Shown here piece by piece: positions 36,898-45,577 of a DNA stretch of 51,537 bases. The translations under genes and the position numbers were made by a program. Origin of the DNA: Lentisphaeria bacterium (GTDB lineage Bacteria > Verrucomicrobiota > Lentisphaeria > Victivallales > Victivallaceae); assembly GCA_017629975.1 (NCBI GenBank), contig JAGBWB010000152.1:1-51537 (forward strand). The letters run 5' to 3'. The notes beneath the pieces are model-generated. The model ran no database searches, was not told the DNA's origin, and saw only the letters and a list, made by a program, of their open reading frames with translations. Each line of letters opens with the position of its first letter. Position 1 is the first letter of the stretch.

Positions 36898-38973
36898 TTA
36901 TTCTTCCTCTTGATCCGGTTCTTCCTCTCCCCCCTCTTCAAGGGTGAGTTCTTCACCGGTACGCACCAGACGGGCGCTGTTGAAAATGATGATCAAAGTA
37001 CTGCCGGCGTGGAGCACTGCCGCCCAGACGGGGGTCATGAGTCCCACTGCTGAAACGATCATGCCGCCAAAGAGGAAGAGCATACCGAAAAGCAGGTTCT
37101 GATTGATGATCATCTGGGATTTGCGTGAAAGATAGACCAGCATGGCGATGCGGCGCAGGTCGTTGGTCATCAGAGCCACAGAGGCGCTGTTGATGGCGAC
37201 GTCGCTGCCGATGGCGCCCATGGCGATACCCAGATCACCTGCGGCAAGGGCGGGGGCGTCGTTGACACCGTCACCCACCACGGCGACCCGGTGGTTTTCT
37301 TTGACTTTCTCAACAAAGGCGACTTTGCCTTCGGGGAGACATTCGCTTTCAAACTCGTCGATCTGGAGCTGTCCGGCGACGGTTTCGGCGACGGATCTGC
37401 GGTCACCGGTGACCATGGCGCAGTAGCGGACACCCAATTTACGCAGATCGGTGAGCATGGCGGCGGATTCGTTGCGGATCTTATCCCGGAACCCGATCCA
37501 GCCGATGACCTTGCCGCCCCGGGCGACATAGACCACGCTCATGCCTTCGGCTTCAAGGTCGTCATGGACGGGGATATCCAGATTCTGTTCTTTCATCCAG
37601 TTGGCGCGTCCCACGATGATCTCAACGCCGTTGACTTTGCCGGAAACACCTTTACCGTGAGTTTCGGTGAGTTCTTCAGCAAGGGGAAGTTCAAGACCGG
37701 CTTCGGCGGCCAGTTTCTGGATCGCCTTGGCGGTGGGGTGGTTGCTGGATTGTTCAACAGCTCCGGCGGTCTGAAGCAGCTCCGCCTGAGAAACATCGCC
37801 GAAGACCTGAAGTCTGACCACAGAGAGCAGACCGTCGGTGAGAGTACCGGTTTTGTCAAAGACAAAGGCGGTGAGTTTGGAGGCCAGCTCCAGATGGGAG
37901 ACGTTTTTGATGAAAATACCCAGACGGGCGGCGGCGGCGACCGCAGCCACCACAGCGGTGGGAGTGGCAAGGACCACGGCGCAGGGGCAGGAGATCACCA
38001 GAAAGGCGATGACGGAGTTCATATCTTCGGTGAACCACCAGCAGACCCATGCGATCATCAGCACCGTGGGGGTGTAGAATCCGGCATAACGGTCAATGAT
38101 GCGCACCACGGGAGTACGGCTGGCTTCGGCCTGCAAAATCATATCCTTGACCTTGCCCAGAGTGGTATCTTCGCCCACCTTGGTGACCTGAAGTTCAACA
38201 GCACCGGTCAGGTTCTGGGTACCGGCAAAGACTTCGGAGCCGACACTCTTCTCAACGGGAACGGATTCACCGGTGATGGAGGCCTGATTGACGGTACTTT
38301 CGCCTGAAACGATCACGGCGTCAACAGGGAAGTTTTCGCCGGGACGCACACGGATGATATCCCCCACTTTCAGTTCAGTCACCTGAACATCCTGTTCCGT
38401 CCCTTCAATGACCTGATGGGCGGTGTTGGGGGTCAGTTTGATCAGCTCTTCAATGGAGCGCTGGGCGCCGCTTGCAGTACGGGTCTCAATGATGATGGTC
38501 AGCAGCAGGAAGAAGGCGATGATGCCCGCCATCTGGAAGTCGCCGTTGGCAAGAGAGGCGAGAATGGCGAGAGCCACCAGTTCGTTCATATAGACTTTGC
38601 CGCGCCAGAGATCCTTGACGGCGGTGATGACGATGGGGAGCGCCAGCACCACAGCACCGCAGAGGGCGCTGAGCTGGACCGCATAGACCTGAGAGGGGAG
38701 CAGATACTCAAGGATGAATGAGTTCAAAGTGAGCAGACCGCCGCCCAGGGCGAAAAAGAGCTTGCCCATGCCCCGGTCGTGTCCGGCGCCCTCGGTGAGG
38801 GAGTCGTGTCCGCAGGGGCAGTTGGGTTTGGTATGTTCGCTGTGATCGTGTCCGCAGCTGCAGCTGTGGGCGTGTTCATGGGCGTGATCGTGACCGCAAT
38901 TGCAGCTGTGGGCGTGGGCGTGTTCGTGATCGTGTCCGCAGTTGCAGTTGTGAGAGTGTTTGTGTTCAGCCAT
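36898..38973 (-). CDS. Heavy-metal translocating P1B-type ATPase (Zn/Cd/Co-type CPC motif) with a His/Cys-repeat N-terminus
   Basis: CPC (ISCPCAVVLATP), DKTGTLT, SNHP, GDGVNDAPAL. The N-terminal 58 aa are HxHxCxCGHDH repeats instead of a GMxCxxC HMA fold. Confidence 0.9.
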   Translation of the reverse strand: MAEHKHSHNCNCGHDHEHAHAHSCNCGHDHAHEHAHSCSCGHDHSEHTKPNCPCGHDSLTEGAGHDRGMGKLFFALGGGLLTLNSFILEYLLPSQVYAVQLSALCGAVVLALPIVITAVKDLWRGKVYMNELVALAILASLANGDFQMAGIIAFFLLLTIIIETRTASGAQRSIEELIKLTPNTAHQVIEGTEQDVQVTELKVGDIIRVRPGENFPVDAVIVSGESTVNQASITGESVPVEKSVGSEVFAGTQNLTGAVELQVTKVGEDTTLGKVKDMILQAEASRTPVVRIIDRYAGFYTPTVLMIAWVCWWFTEDMNSVIAFLVISCPCAVVLATPTAVVAAVAAAARLGIFIKNVSHLELASKLTAFVFDKTGTLTDGLLSVVRLQVFGDVSQAELLQTAGAVEQSSNHPTAKAIQKLAAEAGLELPLAEELTETHGKGVSGKVNGVEIIVGRANWMKEQNLDIPVHDDLEAEGMSVVYVARGGKVIGWIGFRDKIRNESAAMLTDLRKLGVRYCAMVTGDRRSVAETVAGQLQIDEFESECLPEGKVAFVEKVKENHRVAVVGDGVNDAPALAAGDLGIAMGAIGSDVAINSASVALMTNDLRRIAMLVYLSRKSQMIINQNLLFGMLFLFGGMIVSAVGLMTPVWAAVLHAGSTLIIIFNSARLVRTGEELTLEEGGEEEPDQEEE
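38800..38958 (-). repeat. 42-bp (14-codon) tandem repeat, about 3.7 copies, encoding HxHxCxCGHDHxxx
   Basis: The plus-strand core gtgatcgtg recurs at 38842, 38884 and 38926 (period 42), with near-identical flanks (..ccgca..tgcag.tgtg..). Confidence 0.85.
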
Positions 38974-38976
38974 TTC

Positions 38977-40116
38977 TTACTTTCCTTCCTTTCCTTCTTC
39001 AGCTTTGGGTTTGGGCTGATTCTTCGGTTCGGGGTTCAGCTGAACCCGGATCTGCCGTTTCTTGTTGCTGGAGCCCATGATGAAACGATCCTCGGTAGAA
39101 GCCTGCATCGCCTCGGAGAGAGCCGCGGTGTAGAGAGCGATAAGCACCGTGCGGGGACTTTCCTTGTATTTGGCGTTGATGGCCTTGAAATATTCGGTTT
39201 CAGCCTTCATATCGGCGACGATCCGGCTCTTGTAGGCGCGGGCGGCGGCGATGATCTCGGCGGCTTTGGCGCCGGTTTCGTTCTCGGTCTCGACTCTGTA
39301 AGTGAGAGCTTTGCTCCGGAGTTCGGAACTGGCGTTTCCGGCGGCAGTCGCCTCGTCAAAGGCGGCCTTGGTGCGGCTGGGGGGGAATGCCCGGAGCAGC
39401 GTCACATTCTCAATCTGGATACCGCAGTCGGCGGCATTGACCATACGGGCAAAGAGTTCCTCGACCCGGGTCTTGTACTCCAGTTTTCTGGCGAAAAGGA
39501 TGTTGTCAACCTTTTCGGTGGCGGTGACGCGGATCACAGCATTTTCAAAGAGATTGGTGAGCAGAGTCCGGGGACCTCTGCCTGAGATGAATCCGTTGAA
39601 GTCGGTCACAGGATCATCATCAAGGACTCTTCCTGCCACCACAGGGTTGGCAGGGGTGCAGAGTTTCTCGTAATACTTTCTGGGATCCACCACTCGGTAC
39701 GCCACCTGCCAGGAGGCGTGGATGATATTGGCATCGCCGGTCAGCAGATAGCGGTCGCTGCCGGGGGTGAGAGATTGTTTCACCTCTTCGCCGGGGATCT
39801 CCACAGGGAGAAAGTTCACATCCAGCTGCTGCTGATTGGTCTGCACCCGGACGAACTTGTGGACGGGATAGGGCATGAACCAGCGGGCGCCATCCTGATA
39901 AGCGCCATGGAACTTGCCGAAACGCAGCACGATGACCGCCTGCTGGGGTTCAACTGAGAAGTAGCCGCCCCAGGTGAAAAAGTAGACGATCATGGCAACA
40001 ATGGCGACAAGCAGTATAATAAAGGCATACTGCAAACTCTTGACAAGAGCTTTGAGACCGCCCTCATAGCGTCCGGAGCGGTCAAACTCTCTGTTGATAA
40101 CGCTTTTGGGTTCCAT
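38977..40116 (-). CDS. SPFH/band-7 protein, HflK-like
   Basis: One N-terminal TM segment, an SPFH core (QQAVIVLRFGKF...LLTGDANIIHASWQVAYRVVDP), a coiled-coil and a Lys/Pro/Glu tail. The start lies 2 nt after the hflC stop. Confidence 0.75.
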   Translation of the reverse strand: MEPKSVINREFDRSGRYEGGLKALVKSLQYAFIILLVAIVAMIVYFFTWGGYFSVEPQQAVIVLRFGKFHGAYQDGARWFMPYPVHKFVRVQTNQQQLDVNFLPVEIPGEEVKQSLTPGSDRYLLTGDANIIHASWQVAYRVVDPRKYYEKLCTPANPVVAGRVLDDDPVTDFNGFISGRGPRTLLTNLFENAVIRVTATEKVDNILFARKLEYKTRVEELFARMVNAADCGIQIENVTLLRAFPPSRTKAAFDEATAAGNASSELRSKALTYRVETENETGAKAAEIIAAARAYKSRIVADMKAETEYFKAINAKYKESPRTVLIALYTAALSEAMQASTEDRFIMGSSNKKRQIRVQLNPEPKNQPKPKAEEGKEGK

Positions 40117-40118
40117 GC

Positions 40119-41045
40119 TTATTTCTTCCCTTTGCTGCTTTTCAGGACCTCTGCACCCTGCTGAAGGATGTCAAAGGGAGCGGTGCGGTAGTCGGTGACC
40201 AGAGTGGTGCGTCCCTTCATGATCTTGCGGAGACTGTCAAGTTTGAGCAGGAACTCGGCAAGTTCGGGATTCTGGGTGAAAGTGGCGTAGTATTTGGCGG
40301 CTTCGGCGTCGCCCTCGGCGCGGATGGTGCGGGCCTTGGCTTCAGCGTCGGCAAGGGTGATGGTGCGGAACGTATCCGCCTCGGTGCGGATCTGTTTGGC
40401 GCGGGCGTTACCCTCTGAGATGTAGGCGTCGGACTGGACCTTGCGTTCAGCGATCATGCGGTCGGCCACTTTTTCGCTGATGGATTTGGGAACGTTGATG
40501 GTGCTGATGCCCACATCAATGATCTGGAGTCCGTAATCTTTGGTTTCAGCGGCAAGATTCTTTTTGATCTTTTCCTGGATCATCTGGAGTTTCATCTCTT
40601 TGGGATCGGTGTTGATGATCTCTTTGAAGCGGCATTCGCCGATGGCGGCGTTTTTGAAGCCGCGCATAAGGGAGTTGAGCTTTTCTTCGCCCTGAGTGGC
40701 GTTCTCAAGGGTGCGGAAGAACTTCTCAGCATCGGCGACGCGGTAGTTCACATAGATACCGACCAGAAGGTTGTGACCGTCGCTGGTGGTGGTTTCTTCA
40801 AGTTTTCCGGCGCCGCCTGCAAAGCAGCGGATCCGCTTGTCAAAGCGGTAGATGCGCTGGAAAGGATAGGGCCAGCGGAAATGGAGTCCGGGTTCAGTCA
40901 CCTGAGCGGGGCGTCCCAGAGTGGTGACCACAGCCACCTCGGTCTGATTGAGCTGGAAAGAGAAGACAGCGAATAGCAGGATCACCGCGACCAGCAGTCC
41001 CAGCACCCATGTGGGCCAATGTTTGAAGAAGTTATTAGCAGCCAT
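40119..41045 (-). CDS. hflC: SPFH/band-7 protein, HflC-like
   Basis: It aligns by eye with E. coli HflC (EPGLHF..P, VDVGI..INVP..., RAEGDAEAAKYYA). Confidence 0.8.
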   Translation of the reverse strand: MAANNFFKHWPTWVLGLLVAVILLFAVFSFQLNQTEVAVVTTLGRPAQVTEPGLHFRWPYPFQRIYRFDKRIRCFAGGAGKLEETTTSDGHNLLVGIYVNYRVADAEKFFRTLENATQGEEKLNSLMRGFKNAAIGECRFKEIINTDPKEMKLQMIQEKIKKNLAAETKDYGLQIIDVGISTINVPKSISEKVADRMIAERKVQSDAYISEGNARAKQIRTEADTFRTITLADAEAKARTIRAEGDAEAAKYYATFTQNPELAEFLLKLDSLRKIMKGRTTLVTDYRTAPFDILQQGAEVLKSSKGKK

Positions 41046-41088
41046 AACAAATTTTCCTTTTATTTTATGTATTGAAATAATTTTTTCA

Positions 41089-43074
41089 TCACTTATTGCT
41101 GAGCTTGGTCACGTCCGTATCAATGAGGTCAAGCCGTTCTTTAGCCTCAAAGTTGAGTTCGTAGACTTCGCTTTCGTTGTTGAGGGGAACCACATACTTG
41201 CGGATCCCGGCACAGTCAACGGCAAGGAAGTTGAGAAGCTCGCGGAGCTTGAAAACAGAGGGCATGGCGGTGTAGGCGGTGAGCTGTTTGCGGAACCTTT
41301 CGCTTTCAGCCTGCGCCACTTTGCCGGTGGTGCTGCTGTAAGCCTTTGCCTCAGCCACGATGCGGGCGGCTTCAGCTTTGGCTTCGGGTTCGGTTTTGAT
41401 CCTGTAAGCCTGAGCGCCCAGAATGGCGGTTTCTTTCTGTTCCATGGCGCCGATGACCTCCTGATAGGCGGGAGCCACCTTTTCAATGGGGGGATGGGCG
41501 TCAAGGATCAGCAATGTTTCCACCTTGATACCCAGTTTCTGCTGATCGGCAAGCTGCTGGACGCGCGCCATGATGGCTTTCTGCGCCTCCTGACGCTTGG
41601 AGGACATCAGCTCCATCATGGAGGTGCTGGCAAGATACTCCGTTGCCGCCTGCTGACCGATGCGGCGCAGACTGTAAACGGGATTGGCGTTGCCGTAGGC
41701 GTAATCAAAAACGTTGCTGATGCGGTACTGGATGGGCATGGTCAAACGGATGAATGAAATGGAGGGCGCCGCAGCGGCATCCTTGCTCTCAGCCTGAGTG
41801 CCGGAGGGCTTCACAGCCACGAGGAAGTTGCTGTCTTCGCCGCCGCCGTGGGCCTTGGTCCAGAGAACGGTTTCAGAGATCTCGGCGTTGCGTTTGGTAC
41901 CTGCCTTGCGGTTGAGATCATCGGGGAGATCTTCGTTTCCGGCGGACTTTTCACCGATGACGATCTGGCGCAATTCGCTGGTGCTGAACATGCTGACACT
42001 GCCGAAAGGCCAGGGAAGACTCCAGTAGATACCGGGGGTGAGGAGCTTTTTCTCAACGCATCCCAGATTTTCCCGGACGCCCACCTGACTGGGGCCGACT
42101 TCGTGGATGGAGGAGAAAAAGAGGAAGAAAATCACCACAAGCATGAAGAGGGGGAAGAAGGAACGCTCCACGAAACCGTAGAGCCAGGTTCCGGAAACTT
42201 TGAAGCCGAACTGATAATCCAGAGCGGCGGCGATGTTCCGCATGACGCCCCCCGGCTCGGTGAAAAGAGCAAGAAGCCGGCTCTCAAAGACAGGACGGCT
42301 CTCTTTCAATGTGCGGGGACGGTAAAATTCAATGATGAAGTTGGTGACAAATTCAGCCCCCAGAATAACGAAGATCCAGAAGAAGACCTTACCCGCGGCA
42401 AGGTCGGCGGCAGGGATGTTGTTGCCGTGCAGAAGAGCGGTCACAGTGGCGCCCGCCATGACGGCGAATCCCACGATGAGCCATGCGCCCACGGCTCTCA
42501 GCCAGCGGAACGCCTTGCTCCGGGACTGCCCCACATAGAAAGCACCGATAAAGATGTTGAGCAGCATCATGATGATGGCGATCAGCGCGGTGTAGAGGGC
42601 GTTGCCGGACATGCTGACCGTCTCTGCGGGACGCGCTCCCCAGACGGCCTGGAAATAGAAAAGGAAACCGCCTGTCACAAGTGCCCCTGCCAGAGCGAGA
42701 GCGTAGGGGGCGAAACGGCGGTAGTTGTCAAAGGAACGCTGAGCCGTGAAACGGACATCCTCTTCCACATTGAGCGCACGGTTTTCTGCATTGCTGCGCT
42801 CTTCAAGGAACTTCTTTTCTTCGTTCTCAAGACCTGCCTGAGTTGAAAAGATCCCGTAGATGAGAGCGCCGAAGCTGAAAAGCGCTGAAAGGGTATAGGT
42901 GATCAATCCGAAGCGGAAGACATCTCCGCCGCGCATGGATCCCAGTACTGCCGTCAGGATCAGAAAACAGACCGAGAAGATCAGACTGACTGCCGACAAT
43001 TTTGTCATCAGCCGTCCGTTGTCTATGGAAACCTGAATGTTTGTTTTTGACACTTTGTGATTCCTTTCGTACAC
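41089..43074 (-). CDS. Large SPFH/band-7 protein with a polytopic N-terminal membrane extension
   Basis: 661 aa with about six hydrophobic segments in the first 270 aa, then an anchor plus an SPFH core (GPSQVGVRENLG...LTPGIYWSLPWPFG...) and a coiled-coil (AEAKAEAARIVAEAKAY). The start is uncertain: GTG 43074, GTG 43053 (AAAGGAA RBS) or ATG 43008. Confidence 0.75.
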   Translation of the reverse strand: MYERNHKVSKTNIQVSIDNGRLMTKLSAVSLIFSVCFLILTAVLGSMRGGDVFRFGLITYTLSALFSFGALIYGIFSTQAGLENEEKKFLEERSNAENRALNVEEDVRFTAQRSFDNYRRFAPYALALAGALVTGGFLFYFQAVWGARPAETVSMSGNALYTALIAIIMMLLNIFIGAFYVGQSRSKAFRWLRAVGAWLIVGFAVMAGATVTALLHGNNIPAADLAAGKVFFWIFVILGAEFVTNFIIEFYRPRTLKESRPVFESRLLALFTEPGGVMRNIAAALDYQFGFKVSGTWLYGFVERSFFPLFMLVVIFFLFFSSIHEVGPSQVGVRENLGCVEKKLLTPGIYWSLPWPFGSVSMFSTSELRQIVIGEKSAGNEDLPDDLNRKAGTKRNAEISETVLWTKAHGGGEDSNFLVAVKPSGTQAESKDAAAAPSISFIRLTMPIQYRISNVFDYAYGNANPVYSLRRIGQQAATEYLASTSMMELMSSKRQEAQKAIMARVQQLADQQKLGIKVETLLILDAHPPIEKVAPAYQEVIGAMEQKETAILGAQAYRIKTEPEAKAEAARIVAEAKAYSSTTGKVAQAESERFRKQLTAYTAMPSVFKLRELLNFLAVDCAGIRKYVVPLNNESEVYELNFEAKERLDLIDTDVTKLSNK

Positions 43075-43096
43075 GTTATTCCATATTTATTACTTA

Positions 43097-43125
43097 ATAT
43101 TACACCTTTTTTTGAAAAAATACAA
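43097..43125 (-). promoter_or_regulatory. Sigma70-like promoter for the SPFH-ATPase-ABC operon (TTGTAT-17 nt-TAATAT)
   Basis: Minus strand reads TTGTATtttttcaaaaaaaggtgTAATAT in the 67-nt AT-rich spacer after smpB. Confidence 0.45.
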
Positions 43126-43141
43126 GTCCGGGAACGGAATT

Positions 43142-43624
43142 TTATTCATTTTTTTTGTTAAAATTCGCTATCACGCGCTTGATTTCGCGATCGGAATCCC
43201 GTTTTTTGATATCGTCCCGGCGGTCATACTCATGTTTACCCTGTGCCAGACCGATCTCCACTTTGACAAGTCCCTCTTTGAGATAGAATGAAAGGGGCAC
43301 GATGGCGTGACCTCTGACGCCGATATGGCGGAAGAGGGCGGCGATCTCCTTTTTGTGGAGCAGCAGACGGCGCATACGCCTGACATCGTGGTTGAAACGG
43401 TTGCCGAAGTCGTAGTGGGAAATATGAACATTGTGGAGCCACGCCTCCCCCCCGGAAACGGTGACAAATCCCTCCTGAAGCTGGATCGTCCGGGCGCGGC
43501 AGCTTTTCACCTCTGTCCCCGAAAGCTGGATCCCCGCCTCCATACGCTGAAGTATGGCATAATCATGAAAGGCGCGCCGGTTGTTTGCCAGCACGGGGGA
43601 GTCGTTTTTCTGTTTTTTAGCCAT
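43142..43624 (-). CDS. smpB: SsrA-binding protein
   Basis: NRRAFHDY...GTEVKS...HISHY...RMRRLLLHKKEI...LVPL motifs. Confidence 0.95.
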   Translation of the reverse strand: MAKKQKNDSPVLANNRRAFHDYAILQRMEAGIQLSGTEVKSCRARTIQLQEGFVTVSGGEAWLHNVHISHYDFGNRFNHDVRRMRRLLLHKKEIAALFRHIGVRGHAIVPLSFYLKEGLVKVEIGLAQGKHEYDRRDDIKKRDSDREIKRVIANFNKKNE

Positions 43625-43633
43625 ACTCTTTTA

Positions 43634-44788
43634 TCAATCCTTGTCAGAACGCAGGAAAGCACCTGCATTATTAACGAAATTGTTGTGCACCGGGGTGTTG
43701 TTCTTGCCGAGAGACTCCTGGAACTTCTTCAGCAGCTCCTGCTGCTCTTTGTTGAGATCCACAGGTGTCTCAATGACAAGGCGCACATGAAGATCCCCTC
43801 TGCCGCCGCCGCGGAGCGAGGGCACACCCTTGCCCGCCAGACGCAGCACTCTGCCGTACTGGGAGCCTTTGGGGACCATGATGGTGCTTTTGCCTGAAAT
43901 GGTGGGAACATCCAGCTCCCCGCCCAGAGCCGCCACGGTGAAAGGCACCGGCACTTCGCAGATGAGGTCGTTGCCCTCTCTGTGGAAGATCCGGCTGGGA
44001 CGGACAGTCAGATAGATGTAAAGATCCCCCGGAGCGCCGCCCCGGTCCCCCGCATTGCCCATGCCGGAAACCCGCAGCTGATTGCCGGAGTCCATACCGG
44101 GACGGATGCGGATCTTCACAGGTTCCGTAATGCGTTTCTTGCCTGAACCGCCGCAGCTGCGGCAGGGTTTGTCAATGGTCTGCCCCTTGCCGCCGCAGGC
44201 GCGGCAGGTCTGGCGGACGCTGAAAAATCCCTGGGAGACCGTCTCCACGCCGGAGCCGCCGCAATGGGAACAGCTTTTCTTCTCAGCGCCCTCGGCGGCA
44301 CCGCTGCCGTTGCAGTCGGAGCACTTCACCATGTGGGGGATCTGAAGCTCTTTTTCAGCGCCGTACATGGCATCTTCAAAGTCAATGGTCAAATCATAGC
44401 GCAGATCTTCGCCCTGAACGGGGGCATTGGGGTTGCGCCGTCTGCCGCCCCCGCCGCCGAAAAGATCTTCAAAGCTGAATCCGCCCCCGCCGCCGAAACC
44501 GCCGCCGCCGAAAAAGGCGTTGAAGATATCCTGAGCGTGGTTGAAGTCAGCTCCGCCGCCGCCCCCCTGACTGGTATAGGCTTCATGGCCGAACTGATCA
44601 TAACGGGCGCGTTTTTCGGGATTGCTCAAGACCTCGTAGGCGGCAGAGATCTCTTTGAACTTCTCTTCGGCCTCTTTGTTTCCCGGATTCTTGTCGGGAT
44701 GGTACTTGATGGCAAGTTTGCGGTAGGCTTTTTTTATGTCATCTGCTGAAGCGTTTTTGGCAACGCCCAGCTGCTCATAGTAATCCAT
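43634..44788 (-). CDS. dnaJ: Molecular chaperone DnaJ (type I)
   Basis: J domain (DYYEQLGV...HPDKN), a G/F region and four CxxCxGxG zinc-finger motifs. Confidence 0.95.
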   Translation of the reverse strand: MDYYEQLGVAKNASADDIKKAYRKLAIKYHPDKNPGNKEAEEKFKEISAAYEVLSNPEKRARYDQFGHEAYTSQGGGGGADFNHAQDIFNAFFGGGGFGGGGGFSFEDLFGGGGGRRRNPNAPVQGEDLRYDLTIDFEDAMYGAEKELQIPHMVKCSDCNGSGAAEGAEKKSCSHCGGSGVETVSQGFFSVRQTCRACGGKGQTIDKPCRSCGGSGKKRITEPVKIRIRPGMDSGNQLRVSGMGNAGDRGGAPGDLYIYLTVRPSRIFHREGNDLICEVPVPFTVAALGGELDVPTISGKSTIMVPKGSQYGRVLRLAGKGVPSLRGGGRGDLHVRLVIETPVDLNKEQQELLKKFQESLGKNNTPVHNNFVNNAGAFLRSDKD

Positions 44789-44794
44789 AAAACC

Positions 44795-45406
44795 TTACTC
44801 CTCTTCTTTTTTGCTTTCTTCTTTGGGAGCGCCTGAGGAAACCACCACACGGGCGGGACGGAGCACCTTTTCTCCCAGTTTGAAACCGCAGTTCCACTGT
44901 TTTGAAACGACGCCCTCTTCAACCTCTTCAGAGCTTTCATGCGCCACGGCATCGTGGAGCGCAGGATCAAACTTTTCGCCTTTGGCGTCAAAGGGTTTCA
45001 GACTCAGCTCTTCAAAGGCCTTGCGGTATTCGGCGATGATCATGAGCAGTCCCTGACGGATCGCTTCGATGTTGTCGCTCTGCTGCGCCGCCATCTCTGC
45101 CATGGAAAGGAAATCGTAGACGGCAAGGAAAGGCTGAACCGTATCCTCAATGGCAAAGCGCCGGGCGTCGGCAAGCTCCTTGACCATGCGTTTGCGGTAG
45201 TTCTGATACTCCGCCTGAAGGTAAAGATATTTTGCCTGAAGCTGAGCCAGCTCCTCTTCGGGAGTCAGCTTCACTTCCTCTTTTTTCTCACTTTTTTCCG
45301 CTTCAGGCGCGGGAGCGCTTTCCTGCTTGCTCTCTCCGGAGCATTTCTGCTCTTCCTGAATATTTTCCTGAATGGTCTCTTCGTTTTTTTCTTTATCGTC
45401 GTTCAT
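44795..45406 (-). CDS. grpE: Nucleotide exchange factor GrpE
   Basis: An acidic N-terminus, a coiled-coil (YLYLQAEYQNYRKR) and a C-terminal beta domain (FDPALHDAV). The ATG at 45406 is preferred; the track start at 45463 is TTG within the promoter region. Confidence 0.9.
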   Translation of the reverse strand: MNDDKEKNEETIQENIQEEQKCSGESKQESAPAPEAEKSEKKEEVKLTPEEELAQLQAKYLYLQAEYQNYRKRMVKELADARRFAIEDTVQPFLAVYDFLSMAEMAAQQSDNIEAIRQGLLMIIAEYRKAFEELSLKPFDAKGEKFDPALHDAVAHESSEEVEEGVVSKQWNCGFKLGEKVLRPARVVVSSGAPKEESKKEEE

Positions 45407-45448
45407 GGGTATATATAAACTCCTTGTGTTATTTTCTTTCAAATAGAT

Positions 45449-45477
45449 AATATACACCCGCAAAGGAATAATTTCAA
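45449..45477 (-). promoter_or_regulatory. Sigma70-like promoter for grpE-dnaJ-smpB (TTGAAA-17 nt-TATATT)
   Basis: Minus strand reads TTGAAAttattcctttgcgggtgTATATT, about 43 nt upstream of the grpE ATG. Confidence 0.55.
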
Positions 45478-45531
45478 ATTTTGCTTTTTTGCAACTCTCT
45501 GTCTGAGTGCATCTGCCGGGAAAAAAGGGAG

Positions 45532-45559
45532 AAAAAAAGGGAGGCAGATGGTGCCTCCC
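45532..45559 (-). terminator. Rho-independent terminator after the GcvT-like gene
   Basis: Minus strand reads GGGAGGCA-ccatc-TGCCTCCC (perfect 8 bp) followed by TTTTTTT. Confidence 0.75.
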
Positions 45560-45577
45560 CGATAAATGGAACTTTTT

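Noticed and set aside
43075-43141. tmRNA (ssrA) adjacent to smpB, and more generally tRNA, rRNA, SRP or RNase P RNA genes in the intergenic gaps.
   Set aside because: The spacer next to smpB is only 67 nt and AT-rich, consistent with a promoter. None of the longer gaps (2216-2436, 18057-18227, 19890-20075, 22752-22951, 24027-24223, 32410-32663) shows cloverleaf, tRNA-like acceptor/T-arm or SRP helix-8 signatures by eye. This needs Infernal or tRNAscan to be definitive.
45489-45512. A CIRCE-like inverted repeat (TTGCAACTC-tctgtct-GAGTGCAT) upstream of grpE, which could be an HrcA operator.
   Set aside because: The spacer is 7 nt rather than 9. The half-sites match the consensus TTAGCACTC/GAGTGCTAA only partly, with a one-base asymmetry. 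The element lies upstream of the predicted -35 rather than between the promoter and the start codon. No hrcA is adjacent.
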